NCBI GenBank assembly: GCA_964409245.1
Contig: CAYPCQ010000025.1
Coordinates: 8,429 to 72,428, forward strand
DNA: 64,000 nucleotides
Direction of reading: 5' to 3'
From: an uncultured Verrucomicrobiota bacterium
GTDB taxonomy: Bacteria > Verrucomicrobiota > Verrucomicrobiia > Limisphaerales > UBA1319
The notes under the pieces are model-generated. The model saw only the letters and a program-made list of their open reading frames with translations, searched no databases and had not been told where the DNA came from. Positions 42,412 to 51,689 of this stretch are shown in pieces (position 1 is the first letter of the stretch; each line of letters begins with the position of its first letter). The position numbers were made by a program, and so were the translations under genes.

Positions 42412-44487
42412 CTACCTGGCCGGGACCTTCACAATGACCAGGGAGTGCGGCGGCAATTGGACCATGCCCCGGGCAAAATCCAGGTGCGTCCGCCCGGCTT
42501 GGACCCGGTCCGGGTGGCCGATGTCGTTGTAGGCTTCCGGGGAGTCACCCGCCAGGAGGACGGCCGGGAACCGGCCCTCCACCGGCGCCTCCTTCAACTT
42601 CACCACGCAGGCAGCCGCCTGGGTGGGGTGGCGGTTCACCAGGGCAATCGACCAGCAGGTGCGCGGCTCATCCACGGTGACCGCGGCGTCCACGAGCGGC
42701 AGCGTGCGGCTGCCAAAAACCATCAGGCCCGAATCCAACTCCATCCGGCCAGACCGGGGGCCCAGCTCATTGGCATACATCGCGAGGACATGAAAAGTGG
42801 TGCGCTTGACCAATCCCTTGGGGTGGACGTAGAGGGGGCCGCGGGTGTTCACAATGGGAGCGATGTTGGCCATGGCGATGTCCTCGGCATGCCGCAGGCA
42901 GGCGTTCAGGAAGGAGGCCGAGAACAAGGCGTCCGCCATGGTGTATTGGGATGGGATGGCGTTCTTTTCGCGGTTCCGGACCAGCTTGGCGGCCTCGGCA
43001 TCCCGGCTATCCACTGGCGCCTTGCGTGGGAATCCCGGGTGGTGCCAGCCGCGGAGATTCCATTCGTCAAAGGCGATTTTGATGCGGCCCCGGAAGCCGG
43101 CCTCGTCCAGCAGTTCGATCACCCGCGTAATGGTCCGCTCCGGCCCCTCGGAGGCCTGGATGCAGGAGAGGTAATCGGGCATGATATTGTCCGCCCAGCA
43201 GGGCAGCCAATATTCATGAATGGCCACGCAGTCGAGCAGCGGCCCGGCGGTCTTGAGCAGCGGCAGCGTCCAGCCGCGGTCCGCGGTGGCGGCGGCCAGG
43301 AGCTTCAGGCCGGGGCTGGCCGCCCGCATCAGTTCGGCGGAGCGGCGGACCAGCGGCCCCCACTCCCGGGGTGTCCGGGCGCCGATCTCATGGCCGCCCC
43401 AGTTTTCGTTGCCGATGCTCCAGTAGCGGACATTCAACGGCTCGCGCCGCTCCCCTGCCGGAGTTCGGACCCCGGGGGCATTGCAGTAGGCCACCCAATC
43501 GCGCATCTCCTCGGGGGTGCCATTGCCCGCATTGGAGCAGATATACGGTTCGCAGCCCACCAGCCGGCACCAGGCGACGAATTCATCCGTGCCGAAGGTG
43601 TTGGGATCTTCCACGCCCCAGACCGGGTCGGCCACCGGCTTGCGGTTGGTCCCCACGCCATTGGTCCAGTGGTAGCCGCTGGCAAAGCAGCCGCCGGGCC
43701 AGCGCACGATGGAGAGCTTCAGCTCCTTCATGGCCGCAATGACATCCTTGCGGAAGCCCTGGGCGTCCGCCAGCGGCGAGCCCGGCTCAAACAACCCGCC
43801 GTAGATTTGATCGTGGAAATGCTCGATGAAACCGCCAAACAGCATCGGGCTATAGGGACGCGAGGGCGCATCGGTATCGATGGTGAGGATGGCCCCCGGC
43901 GCCCCCTCCGCCGGGCTGGCCACCGGTTCCAGCGCGAGATCGTCGTACCAGGCCTGCCCGGTGGAGGATCCCCAGCCCCCGAACAGGCAATTGATCTCCA
44001 AGGTGGCCGCCTCCCCGGTCCAGAAGATGGTGGACACCTGGGTCCAATCCCGGGTGCCGGTCACCGCCCGGGTCCGGACCTGCTGCAGATTCTGGATATT
44101 GAGCAGGGCGCCCACCGCGCCCCGGAGATCCCGGGTCTTGATCCAGCCGGAGAGCCGGTAAACGGTGTTGGTCCGCACCGGGACGGTGGCGGTCCAGGCC
44201 GCATCGGAACCTTTTTCGGAGCGGATGGTTGCGCACTGGGAACCGGAGTGCCCGGGGGCCGCGAGATCCCAGCGGCAGTTGCCTTGCCCCTGCCAGGATC
44301 TGGAGTTCCAACCGGGCACGCGGCCGGCCGCCACCTCCTCGAAGGAAGGATTCGGCAGCAGGTTGGTATTCCCAACCGCGGCGGGAGCCTGGGAGGGCGG
44401 GAGCACGATCACCGTCGGGGGGGCCACCTCCGCCGCCAGCAGCGAAGGAATGATCACGAATAGCGGAGCGATATGTTTCAGGTTCAT
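42412..44487 (-). CDS. GH51 alpha-L-arabinofuranosidase with N-terminal CBM4/9-like module
   Basis: ORF trimmed to ATG 44487 (MNLKHIAPLFVIIPSLLAAE signal peptide). CBM pattern NLLPNPSFEE..GW. GH51 core IVRWPGGCFASGYHWTNGVG..FGTDEFVAWC..YWSIGNENWGG. Confidence 0.88.
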   Translation of the reverse strand: MNLKHIAPLFVIIPSLLAAEVAPPTVIVLPPSQAPAAVGNTNLLPNPSFEEVAAGRVPGWNSRSWQGQGNCRWDLAAPGHSGSQCATIRSEKGSDAAWTATVPVRTNTVYRLSGWIKTRDLRGAVGALLNIQNLQQVRTRAVTGTRDWTQVSTIFWTGEAATLEINCLFGGWGSSTGQAWYDDLALEPVASPAEGAPGAILTIDTDAPSRPYSPMLFGGFIEHFHDQIYGGLFEPGSPLADAQGFRKDVIAAMKELKLSIVRWPGGCFASGYHWTNGVGTNRKPVADPVWGVEDPNTFGTDEFVAWCRLVGCEPYICSNAGNGTPEEMRDWVAYCNAPGVRTPAGERREPLNVRYWSIGNENWGGHEIGARTPREWGPLVRRSAELMRAASPGLKLLAAATADRGWTLPLLKTAGPLLDCVAIHEYWLPCWADNIMPDYLSCIQASEGPERTITRVIELLDEAGFRGRIKIAFDEWNLRGWHHPGFPRKAPVDSRDAEAAKLVRNREKNAIPSQYTMADALFSASFLNACLRHAEDIAMANIAPIVNTRGPLYVHPKGLVKRTTFHVLAMYANELGPRSGRMELDSGLMVFGSRTLPLVDAAVTVDEPRTCWSIALVNRHPTQAAACVVKLKEAPVEGRFPAVLLAGDSPEAYNDIGHPDRVQAGRTHLDFARGMVQLPPHSLVIVKVPAR

Positions 44488-44590
44488 AACCAGTTTCACC
44501 AGCGTCTCAAAACCGTTTTCGGCAATTCGTTTTAACGTGTTCAGATAATGTGCGCAGTCTGGCTGGCTGGATCTTTTTGCGCAAGACATT

Positions 44591-44613
44591 CGGCGCCGGA
44601 CGGCGCCGGACGG
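44591..44613. repeat. 10-bp tandem repeat carrying two 8-bp palindromes (CGGCGCCG) one helical turn apart
   Basis: CGGCGCCGGA CGGCGCCGGA CGG, located 104-126 bp upstream of the GH51 start. Confidence 0.7.
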
Positions 44614-44799
44614 AGGTTAGCTGTCCGCAAGGTTGAAGCGGCCCTGGGCTGGATCAGAGGTTTATGGCTAAAACAGCCGAGTCCGGTATTGCCCGCAGAA
44701 GGCGGAAGGATTGGTTTCCCCCTGCTTTCAGCGCCAGCACAACGCAGGCGGAACCGGAGTTCCCGGTCCCGCCTGTGCCTCTGGAGGATTTCCTGCCTG

Positions 44800-45813
44800 C
44801 TATTCCTTGATGCGTTTATTGGTGAATTTGGGGCCATCGGGCTTGATTTCGCCGCCCTCGGTGGTTTGGGTGCCCTGGCTGACAAAGGTATCCTGGTCGA
44901 GCCACTGGTCCCGCCAAACGCTGGTCTTATACTTCCCCCGGCCAGTGAAGCCCGATTCCTGCCATACAACTTCATCACCGCCTTTGGTCAGGATGGATTC
45001 GGAGAACCCGCCATCACCATATAAATCCAGGGTGGCGATGGCATCATACTCTGAACGCCAATAGGTGACCCCCACCCACCCGGCCGGTTGCAGGACGGAG
45101 TCCACGCTATTGGACATGGTGGCCAAAGTGGCCGTGCCCCCGGCGGCCACCGCCACGCTGGTTACCGCTTTCATGGCTTTGCCATTCTCGATCCACTCCA
45201 CGTTCCATTGGCCGAGGTATCTTTCCATCGGCTTCAGGTTATCGCGCAAAACCGGCTTTTCCTCAGGCGGGAAGGCCTGGTTTTTCACCCGCTGGATGAT
45301 GACCCGCTGGGAATCCGGTTTGGCGACTCCGTTGGTGCTGGCCAGAGTTGCCTGCCAGACAAAGGTATCGTTGTCCTTCCATTCATCGATCCCCACGTTC
45401 GCGCCCAACTGGCCCTTGTCATCCCAGCCCAGCCAAAGGCCCGATAAATTCTCGCCATACCTGGTCTGAATCCCGCAAGCATGACCGCCATCCGTTCCGC
45501 ATCCCCACCCCATGACGGTTTTCGTCCGGGGATGCCAATAATTGAAGCCGATCGATGAACTGACGGTTTTGTCCCCGTTGAACAGCCTTTCCTTGAAAAT
45601 TATGGTTTTTCCGCCCAGCCCGATCTCGCTGGAAATATATCCGTTCATCCATTGGCCGTTGGTTTCATTTTTCCACTTGTAGGCCCACTGGCCCAGGTAT
45701 TTGGTGAAGAATTTGAGGTTATCATCCAGCGCCGGGGGATCGGCGGCGGGAAGTTGCAGATTGGCGCCCGCCAGGGCGAGGCCCAAGAAGGCCAGACAGT
45801 GCAGGTTTGTCAT
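44800..45813 (-). CDS. secreted two-domain protein (internal duplication; DUF1579-like by eye), paralog 1
   Basis: Signal peptide MTNLHCLAFLGLALAGA. The two halves start LKFFTKYLGQWAYKW and LKPMERYLGQWNVEW, and end DTFVWQ..KPDSQRVIIQRVK and DTFVSQ..KPDGPKFTNKRIKE. Confidence 0.75.
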   Translation of the reverse strand: MTNLHCLAFLGLALAGANLQLPAADPPALDDNLKFFTKYLGQWAYKWKNETNGQWMNGYISSEIGLGGKTIIFKERLFNGDKTVSSSIGFNYWHPRTKTVMGWGCGTDGGHACGIQTRYGENLSGLWLGWDDKGQLGANVGIDEWKDNDTFVWQATLASTNGVAKPDSQRVIIQRVKNQAFPPEEKPVLRDNLKPMERYLGQWNVEWIENGKAMKAVTSVAVAAGGTATLATMSNSVDSVLQPAGWVGVTYWRSEYDAIATLDLYGDGGFSESILTKGGDEVVWQESGFTGRGKYKTSVWRDQWLDQDTFVSQGTQTTEGGEIKPDGPKFTNKRIKE

Positions 45814-45847
45814 AGTGTTCTTTCGGTTTGGGACTTCGGTTTTTTCT
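45653..45847. repeat. near-identical 5' tract (leader plus first ~55 codons) shared by the two tandem paralogs, copy 1
   Basis: Aligns at a constant 1070-nt offset with 46723..46917. Long runs differ only by single substitutions, for example ATCATCCAGCGCCGGGGGATCGGCGGCGGGAAGTTGCAGATT. The rest of the genes are much more diverged. Confidence 0.8.
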
Positions 45848-45869
45848 GAGCATGCCCTGTCCGGAGCGC

Positions 45870-46883
45870 CTACTCCTTGATGCGGGTTAATGTATATTTC
45901 GTGCCGTCCGGCTGGGCTTCGCCACCAACCACAAGCTGGAGGGATTGGGCGGTAAAGGTGTCTTTACCACTCCATTGGGTCCGTGTTATGCTGGTAGTGA
46001 GCTTGCCTTGAGGATCATAGCCAACGGTTTGCTCCAGCTGCTCCTCCCCGGTTTTGGCCACAAGGGCTTCGGCGGCGCCGCCGTCCCCCAGGAAAGTGAT
46101 GCTGGCGAGGGACTGGATCTCCGGCCGCCAATAGGTGACGCTGGCCAGCCAGGCCGGTTCATTGACCGCATCCAATGAGCTGTAGAGGGCGCCATAAATG
46201 GCGGCTCCACCGGCCTCGGCTTGCGCAATGTAAACCGCTTTCCCGGTATTCCCGTTTTCGGCCCATTCCACATTCCATTTGCCCAGGTATTTTTCCATCG
46301 GCTTGAGGTGCTCCTGCAAAGGGGCCGGAGCTGACACGGAAATCCCCTTGTTTTGCAGCCGCTTCATGATCAATTTCTGGCTGTCCGGCTTGGGAATCCC
46401 GTTGGTGACGTTGTGGGTTCCTTGCGTCACAAAAGTGTCGTCTTCCTTCCATTCATCCGTTCCCAGGCCGGCTGCCAACTCGCCTTTGGCATCAAAACCG
46501 CGCCAAAAAAAGGTGAAATCATCGCCACGCTTGGTCTGCAAGCCGGAGGCATAGCCACCATCCGATCCGCAATTCCAAAACAGGAGGGATTTCATTCGCG
46601 GATGCCAATAAGTGAAACCGATCCAGGAAAGGGCGGTTTTATCGCCATCGAGCATTCTTTCCCGGTAAATGATGATTTTTCCGCCCAGTCCGGGTTCGAG
46701 CAAAAACTCCCCTTTCATAAACTGGCCGTTGGTTTCATTTTTCCACTTGTAAGCCCACTGGCCCAGATACTTGGAAACATTTTTTAGATTATCATCCAGC
46801 GCCGGGGGATCGGCGGCGGGAAGTTGCAGATTAGCGCCCGCCAGGGCGAGGCCCAGGAGGGCCAGACGGTGCAGGTTTGTCAT
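45870..46883 (-). CDS. secreted two-domain protein, paralog 2 of 44800..45813
   Basis: ORF 45870..47132 trimmed to ATG 46883 (MTNLHRLALLGLALAGA). Same two-half architecture (LKNVSKYLGQWAYKW and LKPMEKYLGKWNVEW). Ends TKYTLTRIKE. Confidence 0.75.
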   Translation of the reverse strand: MTNLHRLALLGLALAGANLQLPAADPPALDDNLKNVSKYLGQWAYKWKNETNGQFMKGEFLLEPGLGGKIIIYRERMLDGDKTALSWIGFTYWHPRMKSLLFWNCGSDGGYASGLQTKRGDDFTFFWRGFDAKGELAAGLGTDEWKEDDTFVTQGTHNVTNGIPKPDSQKLIMKRLQNKGISVSAPAPLQEHLKPMEKYLGKWNVEWAENGNTGKAVYIAQAEAGGAAIYGALYSSLDAVNEPAWLASVTYWRPEIQSLASITFLGDGGAAEALVAKTGEEQLEQTVGYDPQGKLTTSITRTQWSGKDTFTAQSLQLVVGGEAQPDGTKYTLTRIKE

Positions 46884-46917
46884 AGGGTTCTTTCGGTTTG
46901 GGATTTCGGTTTTTTCA
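46723..46917. repeat. near-identical 5' tract shared by the two tandem paralogs, copy 2
   Basis: See copy 1 (45653..45847). Confidence 0.8.
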
Positions 46918-47130
46918 GGAACGGGCAGGGCAAATGTGCTGGCCCATCCATGCCGGACAGAGTAAGCCAGGGCAAGCCGGTTGGCAAACGGCTCAACTGC
47001 GTATTTTCTGCGTACCAAGGCGCCGGCCGGGAAAAAGCTGCCGCTGGCATAGCCGGCGGGTGCAGGTTTGACCGGCGGGGAAATCCATGGTTTGCTGGAG
47101 CCATAAACGAGACACGACACGCACAAACCC

Positions 47131-48402
47131 ATGAATGTAAACCTGGCCTACGGCGAGGGCTGGCTGCCCATAGAAGTCCCCGGGGAGCGGACGACGGTGA
47201 TCGAGCCGAACCATTGGCCCGGCTTGGGGGATGAGCAATCTGCCGTCCGGGAAGCGTTGGAACATCCCCTCGGCTGCCGGCCGCTGCGGGAATGGCTCCG
47301 GCCTGATAGCCGGGTCTGCGTGGTCTTCACCGATATCACGCGGGCGACCCCCAACCACCGCCTGATCCCCTGGCTCCTGGAATATCTGAAGGATATCCCG
47401 CGGGAGCGGATCACCCTGCTCAACGGCCTGGGCACGCACCGGCCCAACACGCCGGCGGAGCTGGAGAAAATGCTCACGCCGGAGGTGGCGCGTGGCTGGC
47501 GGGTGCTGAACCACGAGCCGGAAAATCCCGCGGCCCTGGTGAATGTCGGACGCACCCGGGAGGGCGCCCCCATCCTGCTCAACCGCCACCTGGTGGAGGC
47601 CGGGGTGCGGATTCTCACGGGCTTCATCGAACCCCATTTCTTCGCCGGGTTCAGCGGCGGCCCCAAAGCCATCCTGCCGGGGGTGGCCGGGCTCCAGACG
47701 GTGATGCATAACCACGGGGCCGGGCACATCAGCCATCCCAACGCAGCGTTCGGAGTCACCGCAGGCAACCCGCTCTGGGAGGAGATGCGGGACGGAGCGC
47801 TGCTGGCGGGGGAGAGCTTCCTGCTCAACGTGACCCTGAATTCGCGGAAGGAGATCACCGGGGTGTTCGCCGGGGAGCTGCTGGCCGCGCACCGGGCCGG
47901 GACCGATTTTGTGCGGCGGTCGGCCATGCAGGCGGTGCCGGAGCCATTCGACATTGTGGTGACCACCAACAGCGGCTACCCGCTGGACTTGAACCTGTAT
48001 CAAGGGGTCAAGGGCATGAGCGCCGCCGCGCGGGTGGTCAAGCCAGGGGGCACGATTATTCTGGCGGCGGAATGCCGGGAGGGATTGCCCGCCGGCAGCC
48101 ACTACGAGCGTTTGCTGCGCTCCGTGAGCAGCCCTCAGGAATTCCTGGAGCGGGTGAAAAACGGGCTCCGGGCGCCCGACCTGTGGCAAATCCAGATCCA
48201 GGCGCAAATCCAGTGCCAGGCCATGGTGCTGGTCAAAAGCTCGCTGCCGGACGATTCCGTGCGGGCCGCGCTGCTGGAGCCGTGCCACGATATCAGCGGG
48301 GAAATCTCCCGCCGGCTGGACCGCCTGGGCCCGGCCGCCCGGGTGGCCGTGCTGCCGCAAGGCCCCCTGACCATCCCATACCTGCAAAATGGGAAATCCT
48401 GA
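47131..48402 (+). CDS. larA: LarA-family nickel-pincer-dependent racemase/epimerase (lactate racemase homolog)
   Basis: N-terminus MNVNLAYGEGWLPIEVP and the conserved block GFIEPHFFAGFSGGPKAILPGVAG, which contains the cofactor-tethering Lys context. 423 aa. Confidence 0.85.
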   Translation: MNVNLAYGEGWLPIEVPGERTTVIEPNHWPGLGDEQSAVREALEHPLGCRPLREWLRPDSRVCVVFTDITRATPNHRLIPWLLEYLKDIPRERITLLNGLGTHRPNTPAELEKMLTPEVARGWRVLNHEPENPAALVNVGRTREGAPILLNRHLVEAGVRILTGFIEPHFFAGFSGGPKAILPGVAGLQTVMHNHGAGHISHPNAAFGVTAGNPLWEEMRDGALLAGESFLLNVTLNSRKEITGVFAGELLAAHRAGTDFVRRSAMQAVPEPFDIVVTTNSGYPLDLNLYQGVKGMSAAARVVKPGGTIILAAECREGLPAGSHYERLLRSVSSPQEFLERVKNGLRAPDLWQIQIQAQIQCQAMVLVKSSLPDDSVRAALLEPCHDISGEISRRLDRLGPAARVAVLPQGPLTIPYLQNGKS

Positions 48403-49180
48403 GCCAGGCTCCAGCGCCCTGGAGCGCCATTGCCGGGAGATCAACCGCTGCAACCAGCGGGGGGGCCGCATGCTCTCCATGGTGGACCTCCTGCAGGCCC
48501 GCACGCTGACGGAGGATCTGGCGGCTTACCTGGCCGCCGCTTTGCAGCTGGGCGCCTCCTTCATGGTGGGCGCCAGCCCGGGCGGAGCCGGCAAGACCAC
48601 CGTCATGGGCGCCTTGCTGAATTTCGTGCCCGCAGCGGTGGAATTGCTCCCCGCCGATGGAATGGCCGCCATCCAGCAGGGATTCCTTGAAAAACGGCGC
48701 GCCTGCCACCTCTGCCATGAGATCGGCCCCGGCAATTACTACGCCTATCTCTGGGGCAGTGAGCTGCGCGCTTATTTCCAGCTGAAGAGGCACGGACACA
48801 TTCTGGCCACCAACCTCCATGCGGATACCTTGGAGGAAGCCCGTGCCCAGGTCTGCGGTGAAAACGGCGTGCCCGAGGCGGATTTTGCGGGGATGAACCT
48901 GGTCCTGTTCCTGCACACTGCCGGTTGGGCCGGCCCCAGGACAGTGGTTCAAGCCTGGGATAGCCGGGGTGATCAGCCCCACCGCCTCCTTTACCAGCAA
49001 GGAAGGCTCCATCTCGAGGCCTCCCAACTGGTGGATTCAAGCCATTTTGAACGTGGCCAAACCATGATCCGGCAACTGGTTCAAAGCCGCGCCCGCACCA
49101 TCGAGGAGGTCCGGAAAGCGGTGGTTGCCCCATCCCCATCCGCCCTGGAAGAGCGGCCGGGTGGATCCGGAGGCAAATAG
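48389..49180 (+). CDS. short P-loop protein resembling the core of CpaF/VirB11-type secretion ATPases; start uncertain
   Basis: Walker A GASPGGAGKTTVMGALLNFVP, and HILATNLHADTLEEARAQV resembling the secretion-ATPase His-box region. ATG 48389 overlaps the larA 3' end by 14 nt. An alternative start is ATG 48470, after a G-rich run. Confidence 0.6.
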   Translation: MGNPEPGSSALERHCREINRCNQRGGRMLSMVDLLQARTLTEDLAAYLAAALQLGASFMVGASPGGAGKTTVMGALLNFVPAAVELLPADGMAAIQQGFLEKRRACHLCHEIGPGNYYAYLWGSELRAYFQLKRHGHILATNLHADTLEEARAQVCGENGVPEADFAGMNLVLFLHTAGWAGPRTVVQAWDSRGDQPHRLLYQQGRLHLEASQLVDSSHFERGQTMIRQLVQSRARTIEEVRKAVVAPSPSALEERPGGSGGK

Positions 49181-49330
49181 GGCCAAAGTCGGGCCGCCGA
49201 GGCCAGGAGTTTTTGGCTGGGAACCGATTCGCCAGGGACATTTGACCCTATCGTTAGGGAGTTAAAATCCTCATCCAGGCGCATTATTGGCTGGTAAAAA
49301 TCCCCCGCACAGGATGCAATAGGCGGACGC

Positions 49331-50722
49331 ATGGCCAGCTTGAGCCAGCATAACAAACGCATACTCGTTGTTGACGACGACGAAACGATTCGCCGGGTGT
49401 TGGACTACAACCTGCTCCGGTTTGGTTTTGAGCCGGTGCTCGCCTGCGACGGCAAGCAGGCCATCACCCTCGCGCACAATGGTTTTAGCTGCGCACTGGT
49501 GGATCTCCGCATGCCTGAGATGGACGGCATGGAGGTGCTGAAGCATCTGAAACAGCATTTTCCCGACATGCCAGTAGTCATCATGTCGGCGGCGGGAGAG
49601 GTAAAAGACGCCGTGGCCGCCATGAAAGCCGGGGCGCTTGAATACATCACCAAACCCATTGACCTGGATGAATTGCTGGCCCTCATGGCCTCCGCCTCGC
49701 GGATGGGCCGCGCCCTGCTGGAAAACCGGCAGCTGCGGGAAACCGTGGCCCGGCCCGCGCCGGACAGCGATTTCGCCGGCGAATCCCCGGTGGCCAGGCA
49801 ATTGCTCGAGACGGTGGCGCGCATCGCCCCGCTGGATTCGACGGTGCTGATCACGGGCGAAAGCGGCGTGGGCAAAGGCATGCTGGCGCGGATGATCCAT
49901 CGCGCCAGCCGGCGCGCGGAGGGGCCGTTCATCACCACCAGCTGCCCCGCCCTGCCCCGCGAATTGCTGGAGTCGGAAATGTTCGGCCATGAAAAAGGGG
50001 CCTTCACCGGAGCGCAGCAGCGGCGCCTGGGGCGCATCGAAATGGCCGAGGGCGGCACCCTGTTCCTGGACGAAATCGGGGATCTGCCGCTGTTGCTGCA
50101 GCCCAAGCTGCTCAGCGTGCTGCAAGACCGCCAATACACCCGGCTCGGCGGCTCCGAAGCCCTGGCCTCGGATGTCCGCCTCCTGGTGGCAACCAATGTG
50201 GACTTGCAGGAAAAAGTTGCCGCCCGGGAATTCCGCGAAGATCTCTACTACCGCCTCAATGTCATTCCCATCCATATCCCGCCCCTGCGTGAACGGCTGA
50301 TCGATTTGCCTGCGCTGAGCCGCCAGATCCTGGGGCGCATCGCCCAGGCCCGCGCCAACGACCCCTTGGAACTAAGCGCAGCGGCACTGGCCAGGATGGC
50401 GCGTTATTCGTGGCCGGGAAACGTGCGGGAACTGGAAAACATTCTGGAACGCGCCTCCGCGTTTTGTGATGGGCCCATCCTTGAGGAAAGCCACCTGCCG
50501 CTGGAACTGGCCAAGCGGGATCCCCTCGTCCCGGCGGAGGCGGTAACTCCAGCGCAATCGGCCATCCCCACCATTGCCGGAATGACGCTGGAGGAAATGG
50601 AGAAGCTCGCCATTCAGCAGACGCTGGAGCTCTGCAAAGGCAATAAAGCTGCAGCCGCCCGGCAGCTCGGCATCACGGAGAAAAGCATCTACAACAAAAT
50701 GGCGCGTCTGGGGCTGCGTTGA
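49331..50722 (+). CDS. sigma54-dependent response regulator (NtrC family: REC-AAA+-Fis HTH)
   Basis: Receiver ILVVDDDETIR..VDLRMPEMDG..KP. AAA+ VLITGESGVGKG with an intact GAFTGA loop. C-terminal HTH GNKAAAARQLGITEKSIYNKM. Confidence 0.93.
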   Translation: MASLSQHNKRILVVDDDETIRRVLDYNLLRFGFEPVLACDGKQAITLAHNGFSCALVDLRMPEMDGMEVLKHLKQHFPDMPVVIMSAAGEVKDAVAAMKAGALEYITKPIDLDELLALMASASRMGRALLENRQLRETVARPAPDSDFAGESPVARQLLETVARIAPLDSTVLITGESGVGKGMLARMIHRASRRAEGPFITTSCPALPRELLESEMFGHEKGAFTGAQQRRLGRIEMAEGGTLFLDEIGDLPLLLQPKLLSVLQDRQYTRLGGSEALASDVRLLVATNVDLQEKVAAREFREDLYYRLNVIPIHIPPLRERLIDLPALSRQILGRIAQARANDPLELSAAALARMARYSWPGNVRELENILERASAFCDGPILEESHLPLELAKRDPLVPAEAVTPAQSAIPTIAGMTLEEMEKLAIQQTLELCKGNKAAAARQLGITEKSIYNKMARLGLR

Positions 50723-50822
50723 TCGCTGGCTTCAGTCCGGCATCCCCGCCATGGGCAAATAATCCGCGAACCGGGTGGCGCGCTGCCTTTCGAGCATCCA
50801 AGCCCAGAGGCGCAGAGATCGG

Positions 50823-51557
50823 TTAATTCGAGGCGAGTTCTTTGGCTCGCGGCTGGGCTTGGGCTTGGGCCTGGCGGGATTCGCGCAGCTGTTCAGCCAG
50901 CACGGAGAAGGTCCGCAGCATGATGCTCAGATCCATCCACGGAGTCTTGTGCCGGGCGTAGTGGATATCCAGCGACATCATTTCGGAGAAGGTCGTCTTG
51001 TTTTTCCCGCTCACCTGCCACAGCCCAGTCAAACCCGGCAAGGTGTCAAACCGGGAGTGATAAACGGCGGGATAACTTTCAAATTCATACCGGGTGCAGG
51101 GCCGCGGCCCCACCAGGCTCATGTCGCCCAATACCACGTTGATGATTTGCGGCAGTTCATCCAAGCCCATGGCCCGGATCACGGAAGCAAACGGAATCAG
51201 CCGGGAATCCCCTTTGGCATCCATTTTGGTCATGGGCACGTCTGATTTTATCAAATCCTTGAAATGATTCTGATGCACTTGAGTATCGGCTCCGGTTTTC
51301 ATGGTCCGGAACTTGTAGCACAAGAACCGTTGGCGGCGAAACCCAATCCGCTCCTGCCTGAAGAAGACCGGGCCGGGAGAAACCACTTTGATGAGGGCGG
51401 CGATCATCAACATCAAAGGCAACAGCGCGGGCAGCACCACTAAAACACAAGCCAGATCCAACGTGCGCTTCCAGGCTGGAACCTTGAGACCTGGTTGTTC
51501 AGCGGCAACCAGTGTCCCAGACTGTGGCCTAAAACTCGATGATACGAGGGCATTCAT
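50823..51557 (-). CDS. polyprenyl glycosylphosphotransferase (bacterial sugar transferase, WbaP/EpsL-type C-terminal domain)
   Basis: KRTLDLACVLVVLPALLPLMLMIA, PVFFRQERIGFRRQRFLCYKFRTM, DELPQIINVLGDMSLVGPRP. Confidence 0.9.
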   Translation of the reverse strand: MNALVSSSFRPQSGTLVAAEQPGLKVPAWKRTLDLACVLVVLPALLPLMLMIAALIKVVSPGPVFFRQERIGFRRQRFLCYKFRTMKTGADTQVHQNHFKDLIKSDVPMTKMDAKGDSRLIPFASVIRAMGLDELPQIINVVLGDMSLVGPRPCTRYEFESYPAVYHSRFDTLPGLTGLWQVSGKNKTTFSEMMSLDIHYARHKTPWMDLSIMLRTFSVLAEQLRESRQAQAQAQPRAKELASN

Positions 51558-51630
51558 GTTGGTTGTCTATTTTTCGATTCCAGTTACGCCGATAGGATCC
51601 GCCATCGGGCGAACCTGTGGGAAGTTGCTA

Positions 51631-51646
51631 TGCATTCGACGTGCCA
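51631..51646 (-). promoter_or_regulatory. sigma54 (-24/-12) promoter candidate for the sugar transferase gene
   Basis: Minus strand reads TGGCACGTCGAATGCA against the consensus TGGCACG-N4-TTGCW. GG and GC have the canonical spacing, with a single mismatch in the defined positions. The -12 GC lies about 75 nt upstream of ATG 51557. Confidence 0.55.
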
Positions 51647-51676
51647 CCAACCGGAATGGAATCACCAATAAAACGC

Positions 51677-51689
51677 AAACTACTGATAA
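51677..51689 (-). promoter_or_regulatory. IHF-consensus-like site upstream of the sigma54 promoter
   Basis: Minus strand reads TATCAGTAGTTTG, matching WATCARNNNNTTR. It is flanked by an A/T-rich tract (GTTTATAATAAAATATA) and lies about 30-45 bp upstream of the -24 element. The consensus is the E. coli one, so transfer to this clade is uncertain. Confidence 0.3.
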
